Positions 44,134 to 49,500 of a stretch of 49,500 bases of DNA are shown piece after piece. The DNA is taken from NCBI GenBank assembly GCA_944350365.1, contig CALVOU010000003.1, positions 1-49,500 of the forward strand. The letters are read 5' to 3'. The stretch comes from an uncultured Bacilli bacterium (GTDB lineage Bacteria > Bacillota_I > Bacilli_A > RF39 > UBA660). The notes under the pieces were generated by a model, which had not been told where the DNA came from, ran no database searches, and saw only the letters and a program-made list of their open reading frames with translations. The translations under genes were made by a program, and so were the position numbers. Numbering within the stretch: the first letter of the stretch is position 1; each line of letters begins with the position of its first letter.

Positions 44134-44271
44134 ATGAAGTTGAGAAAAGATAAAATTCATTATGTTTGTTTAGAAACTATTCAAATGGCTGATGAAACAA
44201 AAAATTTTATCGAATGTTTTAATCTTAAATATTATCAGACAATTATGAAATTAGAACAGTTAGAAGCTTGA
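44134..44271 (+). CDS. 45-codon ORF upstream of the recombinase (candidate directionality factor; coding status unproven)
   Basis: The ORF reads MKLRKDKIHYVCLETIQMADETKNFIECFNLKYYQTIMKLEQLEA. It is the only ORF in the leader. The RBS is weak (AGGTTGGTG). It is below the ORF-track length cut-off. Confidence 0.2.
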   Translation: MKLRKDKIHYVCLETIQMADETKNFIECFNLKYYQTIMKLEQLEA

Positions 44272-44316
44272 ATTCTATAGTTCAAAATAAAATTAGATTT
44301 GGTAATAGGAGGGATT

Positions 44317-46386
44317 ATGGAACGGGTAGTGTTATATTTACGGTTATCGGATGAAGATCGTGATAAGTTAACCCCCAAAGAACGATCAGAAAGTATCAAG
44401 AATCAAGAAAAGATGTTAACGGATTACGCTCTTCGTCAGAATTGGAGAATTGTTGCCATCTATGATGATGAAGATTGGTCGGGAGCGGATATTACTCGTC
44501 CTAATTTTAATCGGATGATTGAGGCTTGCCGAAAAAAAGAAGTTGACATTGTCTTAGTCAAATCTCAAGCTAGATTTGCGCGTGATATTGAGATTGTCGA
44601 GAAATATGTTCACGATAAATTTTTGGAGTGGAATGTTCGCTTTGTTTCTTTGATGGAAAAGATTGATAATACTCGACGAGAGACGAAAAAAATGAGTCAG
44701 ATTATTGGCCTTACAGACGAATGGTTCTTGGAGGATACTTCTCATAATATTCGTGAGACTTTGAAAACCAAACGACAAAATGGAGAATTTACTGGAAGTT
44801 TTGCTCCCTATGGTTATCAGAAAGATCCAGAAAATAAAAATCATTTACTTCCTGATGAGAGAGTGAGAAGGTATATCATCCGTATCTTTCAAGAATATAA
44901 TCGAGGGATGGGAATGGGAAAAATTGCGCAACGTTTAACAGAAGATAAAGTTCCTAGTCCATTAGAATATAAACTTTCTAATGGTAGTCATTTAAAGATT
45001 CCTACTTTAAATACTCACTTTCTTTTTGATAAAATTACTGAACCGGGTGGGTACGTTATCCGAATTTCTTATACTAATTGGAGTAGGAAGGTCATTCAAT
45101 CCTTATACACTTTAGAATATTTATCGAATTTTGCTTTTTTTCAAGGCGAAATTACTTTCTATGCTTTAAAAGATTCAAAAAGCAAAGTATATTATTCGTG
45201 TTGTCCTTTAGAAGAAGTGATGAAGAAGTGGAAATCAGAAGAATATTCTAAAATTTTTTCTTCTTTAGAAACAAACGACACTTGGCAATCTTTAAGTGTA
45301 GGAGAAATTCTTCCTAAGGAAGCTACTTGTCTTATGGTGTATACCCCTAAGTTAGATAGATTGAATGAGATCTATTATGAATTTCGTCTTCATCTAAAAG
45401 AGAATAAGCAACATTTAGAATATCAATATATTGTACATTGTCTTTCTCCGTATGAAAAATTAATCAATGATTATCAAATTCAGATTCGCAAAGAATTTGA
45501 GTGGAGTATGACAACAATAAGAAAAATTTTACAAGATGAAGTCTATTTAGGACATTTGGTTCAGTTTAAGACCACAACAGTAAGTTATAAGAATAAAAAG
45601 GTAATTTATCATGCTAAAGAAAGACAGATTCGGGTAGAAAATACACATGAGCCAATAATTGAAGAAAAGCTTTGGTATCAGGTTCAAACACGGTTGACTA
45701 ATCATAAGAAAGTAAGTAACAATGGAAAAGTGCACTTACTAGCAGGTAAAGTCTTTTGTCGTTCTTGTGGTCGTCCTTTTTATAAATGTGGGAAGAAGGA
45801 TGGTCACCAATTACGTTATTTGTGTTGTAAAGATAAAGTAAATAAATGGGTTAATTGTACTAATCGTAAGTATATTTCTGAATTTGAATTACATGAGGAG
45901 ATATTAAAGCGTTTTAATGAACTATTAAAAAAGTATTATCGAGTGGAGTTTCAAATTTCTCTTTATCAAAAAAATAATTTAAAGGGATGTTTAGATGAAA
46001 AAGTAGAAGTTTTAAGGAAAAGTAAAGGAGAAATTGAACAAGATTTAGAAAAGCAAAATCAGTATCTTCAAACTTTATATGAAGATTTTAAGAGGGGATA
46101 TCTTAATCGAGAAGAATATTTTTCTTTTCGAGAACGATATCGTACTAGTATAGAAAAAATAAAGAGGGAACTTCAGTACTTAGAAAGTGAACTAGCTGTT
46201 TTAGAACAACGGCAAATGGAAGAAAAAACGGATACTTTATATCTGGAAAAGTTATTTGCTAAGTATTGTTCTTTATCGCAATTAGATGTAGAAGTTGTAA
46301 ATGATTTTATTAAAAAGATAAAGATTGGTGAATATCATGCGTCGACTAAAAAACGAGAAATTGAAATTGTTTGGAATTTCGATTAG
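44317..46386 (+). CDS. large serine recombinase (689 aa)
   Basis: ATG at 44317 follows RBS AGGAGGG. The N-terminal resolvase domain carries the catalytic-Ser motif VLYLRLSDED..ESIKNQ, plus DDEDWSGADITRPNFNRMI and VLVKSQARFARD. The recombinase-domain blocks are GSFAPYGY and TIRKILQDEVYLGH. A Cys-rich zinc-ribbon region (CRSCGRPFYKCG...LCC...C) and a long C-terminal coiled coil follow. Confidence 0.9.
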   Translation: MERVVLYLRLSDEDRDKLTPKERSESIKNQEKMLTDYALRQNWRIVAIYDDEDWSGADITRPNFNRMIEACRKKEVDIVLVKSQARFARDIEIVEKYVHDKFLEWNVRFVSLMEKIDNTRRETKKMSQIIGLTDEWFLEDTSHNIRETLKTKRQNGEFTGSFAPYGYQKDPENKNHLLPDERVRRYIIRIFQEYNRGMGMGKIAQRLTEDKVPSPLEYKLSNGSHLKIPTLNTHFLFDKITEPGGYVIRISYTNWSRKVIQSLYTLEYLSNFAFFQGEITFYALKDSKSKVYYSCCPLEEVMKKWKSEEYSKIFSSLETNDTWQSLSVGEILPKEATCLMVYTPKLDRLNEIYYEFRLHLKENKQHLEYQYIVHCLSPYEKLINDYQIQIRKEFEWSMTTIRKILQDEVYLGHLVQFKTTTVSYKNKKVIYHAKERQIRVENTHEPIIEEKLWYQVQTRLTNHKKVSNNGKVHLLAGKVFCRSCGRPFYKCGKKDGHQLRYLCCKDKVNKWVNCTNRKYISEFELHEEILKRFNELLKKYYRVEFQISLYQKNNLKGCLDEKVEVLRKSKGEIEQDLEKQNQYLQTLYEDFKRGYLNREEYFSFRERYRTSIEKIKRELQYLESELAVLEQRQMEEKTDTLYLEKLFAKYCSLSQLDVEVVNDFIKKIKIGEYHASTKKREIEIVWNFD

Positions 46387-46425
46387 GAGTGGTAGAAAAT
46401 TGAATAAGCAGGGACAGGTCTAACC

Positions 46426-46432
46426 GTCCAAC
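46426..46432 (+). repeat. GTCCAAC, right copy of the 7-bp direct repeat (putative attR core)
   Basis: See the left copy at 44075-81. Confidence 0.6.
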
Positions 46433-46433
46433 T

Positions 46434-46505
46434 GGGCCAATGGGAATAACGGGACCGACAGGACCAACGGGAATAACCGGACCAACGGGATCGACTGGTG
46501 CGACA
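46434..46505 (+). repeat. Gly-X-Y coding triplet repeat, right block
   Basis: Eight consecutive GGN-NNN-ACN/ATG triplet units that continue the left block in phase. Confidence 0.85.
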
Positions 46506-47012
46506 GGTAGTTTAGAAAATACGATGACTTGTTTTTGTGTTCAACAGATGCGAAACATTTTAGAACAAATTATTTCTTTATATCCTAACGATGTTTTATC
46601 CATTACCATGGAAAGTGGAAATAATGTAAGTGGTCGTCCGGATTCTTTACTGCCTAGTAATAGTCCTGATGCTGGCTTATTCCAATTAAAAAATAATCAA
46701 AGCGCTTTAGAAGAAGCAGTTTCTATCTGTCGAATCGCGGCAATTACGGTAACAAGTTCAGTATATAATGATACGATAACCTTTTTACCAGAGCCTGTCT
46801 TAGCTAGTGGATGTGATCAAAATTGTGAAAATGCTCTTCGTAGTTATTTGCCAGTTGGCACTTCTAGTGTCTCCATTCAAGCAGGTACCAGAACTGTCGC
46901 AACAGGAACCATTTTAAAGAGTGAGCCAGGTATGGTCGTTGTGGTTTCTAATAATAATCAAAATCCAACTTTTGTTTCTTTATGTAAGGTAGAAATAGTG
47001 AATAAGTTTTAA
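46434..47012 (+). CDS. collagen-like protein gene, 3' segment (8 G-X-Y triplets + ~168-aa Cys-containing C-terminal domain)
   Basis: The frame is open from 46404 but becomes G-X-Y only from 46434 ([25 protein letters not shown]). No RBS precedes the ATG at 46440 used by the ORF track, so independent translation is unlikely. Confidence 0.7.
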   Translation, partial: GPMGITGPTGPTGITGPTGSTGATGSLENTMTCFCVQQMRNILEQIISLYPNDVLSITMESGNNVSGRPDSLLPSNSPDAGLFQLKNNQSALEEAVSICRIAAITVTSSVYNDTITFLPEPVLASGCDQNCENALRSYLPVGTSSVSIQAGTRTVATGTILKSEPGMVVVVSNNNQNPTFVSLCKVEIVNKF

Positions 47013-47094
47013 TCACTATTTCTTTTCTATTGTCTATAGTGTTTCTATCTAAATTTATGATATACTTGAATTAAGTAATCTAGGAGTTGATTAT

Positions 47095-47892
47095 ATGCGT
47101 GAAAAAATGAGAAATTTAATTAAGGGAAACGATAAAAAATCGGTATTTGTTTATTTTTTACTTCGTACGTTGATTATTATTTGTATGATCCGTGAGATCA
47201 TGAATGGCAATTTTCAGAATGCAGCACTTTGTGTGTTATCATTAGTTTTATTTTTATTACCTTTTTTTATTGAGAAAAAGATGAAGATCGAGTTACCTAG
47301 TGTATTAGAAATTATTATCTTTTGTTTTATTTTTGCCGCCGAGATTTTAGGAGAAATCAATAATTTTTATGGTACTTTTCCTTATTGGGATACTATTTTA
47401 CATACCTTAAATGGCTTTTTATGTGCGAGTGTTGGTTTTTCTTTAGTGTATTTACTTAATGAAAACAGTAAATCCTTTCATTTAGCCCCAGTATTTGTTG
47501 CGTTAGTTGCGTTTTGTTTTTCGATGACAATTGGGGTTGCGTGGGAATTTTTCGAGTATGGAATGGATACTTTATTTGGTTTGGATATGCAAAAAGATGA
47601 GATTGTGGATCATATCAATACGGTAACTTTTGATCCTGAACAAGATAATCAGGTGGTTTCTATTTCTAGTATTACCCATACCGTATTATATGGACAAGAA
47701 GATGTTTTACTAGAGATGAATGGATATTTAGATATTGGATTACATGATACGATGAAAGATATGTTTGTCAATTGTATCGGGGCTTTTGTCTTTAGTATAT
47801 TTGGTTATCTTTATATGATTAATAAGAAAAAGTTTGGTTTAGCTGGTGAATTTATTACTAAGCGGGCAACTTTACATAAAAGTGAGAATTAA
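47095..47892 (+). CDS. integral membrane protein, possibly YjdF/DUF2238-like
   Basis: About 6 TM helices. The WDTILHTLNGF and GVAWEFFEYGMD blocks recall DUF2238. The assignment is uncertain. Confidence 0.45.
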   Translation: MREKMRNLIKGNDKKSVFVYFLLRTLIIICMIREIMNGNFQNAALCVLSLVLFLLPFFIEKKMKIELPSVLEIIIFCFIFAAEILGEINNFYGTFPYWDTILHTLNGFLCASVGFSLVYLLNENSKSFHLAPVFVALVAFCFSMTIGVAWEFFEYGMDTLFGLDMQKDEIVDHINTVTFDPEQDNQVVSISSITHTVLYGQEDVLLEMNGYLDIGLHDTMKDMFVNCIGAFVFSIFGYLYMINKKKFGLAGEFITKRATLHKSEN

Positions 47893-47903
47893 GGATATAG
47901 TAT

Positions 47904-47931
47904 AAAAGAGTAGTTGGGTACTATTCTTTTT
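47904..47931 (+). terminator. candidate rho-independent terminator
   Basis: AAAAGAGTAG (47904-13) pairs with CTATTCTTTT (47921-30, one G-U pair). The T-tract is part of the stem. Confidence 0.35.
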
Positions 47932-47942
47932 AAATTTAGGAG

Positions 47943-49500
47943 ATGATGATTTTGCGAACACTTTATTATCAAGGAACAATTATTACGTTAGAAGAACCTC
48001 TTTATGCGTTAGGTGTTTTAGTGGAAAATGGTTTGGTTAAGGAAGTCTATTATGACCAAGTTCCATTAGATCTTAAGGATACGGAATATGTCGATTTACA
48101 GGGAAAGACGTTAATGCCATCTTTTATGGATAGTCATAGTCATATTACTCAAGTAGCGACCGTTTTAGATATGGTTGATTTATCTAATTGTCAGAACTTT
48201 TCGGATTTAGTTACTACTTTATCTTCTCAATTAACCCCGGATAAGACTTGTTTGATTGCCTTTGGTTATGATCATAATCAATTACAAGAAAAGAAACATC
48301 CTAATCGTGAAGTTTTGGACAAAGTTTCTTGTGATATTCCTATTTTAATTACGCATAAGTCTGGGCATATGGGAGTGGGGAACGGAAAGTTTTTGGAATT
48401 AGCGGGAATTACGGAAGAAAAAGAAAATCCTACTGGTGGTTTGATTGGTCGAGATGATACTGGGCATTTGACAGGTTATTTAGAGGAAGCGGCTTTTATG
48501 GAAGCAACTTCTTATTTACCAGAAGTTTCCTTTGATACTTTATATACGGCTTATCAAAAAGCGGAAGATTGGTATTTGGCTCATGGAATTACGACTGCAC
48601 AGGATGGGAAAACAGGAGAGAAAGATTTTCAGTTATTAAGTATGTTAGCAAAAAATCAGAGTTTACGCTTAGATATTGTAAGTTACATCGATATGAAGAC
48701 AAGTGGGCATTTACTGCTTGAGCATCCTGAATATAAAGATTATCAAAATCATTACCGAATTGGTGGTTATAAATTATTTTTAGATGGTTCTCCTCAAGGA
48801 AAAACTGCTTGGTTATCACGACCTTACGAGAAAGAAGCTACTTATTGTGGTTACCCTGTATATACAGATTTAGAATTAGAAAATTATTTAAAGAAAGTAG
48901 TAGAAGATAAAAAGCAAGTACTTGTTCATTGTAATGGTGATGCTGCCTGTGAACAATTTATTCGTATTTGTAGTCGACTAGATTCTATTAGTAAGTATCG
49001 GCCAATTATGATTCATGCCCAATTGGTTAGAGAAGACCAATTAAAGAAAATGGCGAGTCTTGGCATTATTCCTTCCTTTTTTGTTGAGCATGTCTATCAT
49101 TGGGGTGATGTTCATCTTGAAAATTTAGGGGATCGTGCTTATAGGATTAGTCCTTGCCATACCGCAAATCTACTTGGTTTACCTTTTACTCTTCACCAAG
49201 ATACTCCAGTATTGCCACCAGACATGTTTCATAGTATTTGGTGTAGTGTAAAGAGGGAGACTTCTTCAGGCGTTGTTTTAGGAAAAGAAGAACGAATCAC
49301 CGTTCTTGATGCTATAAAAGCAGTCACCCTTCATGCCGCGTATTCTTATTTTGAGGAAAATGAGAAAGGAAGTATTTTACCTGGCAAATATGCAGATTTT
49401 ATTATTCTCGATAAGAATCCACTTGAAGTAGATGTTGACTCACTTTTAACTATTCAAATATTAGAGACGATAATTAGAGGTAAAACGGTATTTGTTCAAT
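47943..49500 (+). CDS. amidohydrolase-family (Amidohydro_3 / YtcJ-like) metal-dependent hydrolase, 3' end beyond the window
   Basis: It is absent from the ORF track because no stop occurs before nt 49500. The frame reads (MM)ILRTLYYQGTIITLEEP...LMPSFMDSHSHITQ (H-x-H metal motif)...GITTAQDGK...HCNGDAA...IMIHAQL. The start could be ATG 47943/47946 or TTG 47952. Confidence 0.8.
   Translation, partial: MMILRTLYYQGTIITLEEPLYALGVLVENGLVKEVYYDQVPLDLKDTEYVDLQGKTLMPSFMDSHSHITQVATVLDMVDLSNCQNFSDLVTTLSSQLTPDKTCLIAFGYDHNQLQEKKHPNREVLDKVSCDIPILITHKSGHMGVGNGKFLELAGITEEKENPTGGLIGRDDTGHLTGYLEEAAFMEATSYLPEVSFDTLYTAYQKAEDWYLAHGITTAQDGKTGEKDFQLLSMLAKNQSLRLDIVSYIDMKTSGHLLLEHPEYKDYQNHYRIGGYKLFLDGSPQGKTAWLSRPYEKEATYCGYPVYTDLELENYLKKVVEDKKQVLVHCNGDAACEQFIRICSRLDSISKYRPIMIHAQLVREDQLKKMASLGIIPSFFVEHVYHWGDVHLENLGDRAYRISPCHTANLLGLPFTLHQDTPVLPPDMFHSIWCSVKRETSSGVVLGKEERITVLDAIKAVTLHAAYSYFEENEKGSILPGKYADFIILDKNPLEVDVDSLLTIQILETIIRGKTVFVQ

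Larger units (their letters stand above)
44082..46432 (+). mobile_element. 2,351-bp recombinase-only gene-intervening element inserted in the collagen-like gene
   Basis: It is bounded by the GTCCAAC direct repeat and contains a single large serine recombinase gene, plus a 236-bp leader that holds a 45-codon ORF. Only 40 bp separate the recombinase stop from the right repeat. In-silico deletion restores one ORF. Confidence 0.6.

Noticed and set aside
43869-44160. Minus-strand ORFs 43869..44102 (77 aa, VGPVGPV...) and 43975..44160 (61 aa) opposite the collagen-like repeat
   Set aside because: They are mirror-image artefacts of the GGN-CCN-ACN repeat, whose antisense strand is also stop-free. 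They have no RBS, and the plus-strand ORF has a strong RBS and a coherent G-X-Y product.
46440-47012. The ORF-track call of the collagen-like 3' segment as an independent 190-aa gene starting at ATG 46440
   Set aside because: No Shine-Dalgarno sequence precedes it. The ATG is simply the Met of a GPM triplet inside the repeat, and the frame is already open and collagen-like from 46434.
48589-48819. Minus-strand ORF 48589..48819 (76 aa)
   Set aside because: It lies antisense within the open-ended amidohydrolase gene, whose plus-strand frame shows family motifs throughout.
1-49500. Search for CRISPR arrays, rRNA/tRNA genes, IS elements with terminal inverted repeats, and long direct or inverted repeats
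   Set aside because: None were seen by eye. The only repeat families noticed are the G-X-Y coding repeats, the GTCCAAC pair and the TTAAGA boxes. A computational repeat or tRNA scan was not possible here and would be the decisive check.

Overview
This is a 49.5-kb AT-rich chromosomal segment from an endospore-forming low-GC Firmicute; I cannot fix the taxon by eye. I count about 48 protein-coding genes and saw no rRNA gene, tRNA gene or CRISPR array. Gene content in window order: a partial phage tail-fibre-like gene; a Qnr-like pentapeptide-repeat protein; a gerA-type germinant-receptor operon in A-C-B order; two tandem paralogous mini protein-kinase-like genes; a membrane-bound XRE regulator; an arylsulfotransferase-family protein; an LtaS-family transferase; a RumA-type RNA methyltransferase fused to an anchor-less VanY/VanXY-type M15B peptidase; a cyclophilin, a deoxyinosine glycosylase and an RluA synthase; a P-type Ca-ATPase; a fused MacB-like ABC transporter; a metallophosphoesterase; TspO; a VanR/VanS-like two-component system flanked by two papain-like peptidase genes; a patch of orphan genes that includes a frameshifted GNAT; DUF3048; MGMT; a short RSH (Rel) protein; NatAB-like and OpuC-type ABC transporters; and SufC-SufB/D. 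The main finding is at 43.86-47.01 kb. A collagen-like (Gly-X-Y) gene is split in frame by a 2,351-bp element that encodes only a 689-aa large serine recombinase plus a possible 45-aa ORF. The element is bounded by a 7-bp direct repeat, GTCCAAC, that sits in the same codon phase at both ends. Precise deletion would restore a 268-codon ORF. This looks like a minimal skin/SPbeta-style gene-intervening element in a target class I do not recall being described. All homology calls come from motif recognition by eye; no searches or computations were run.
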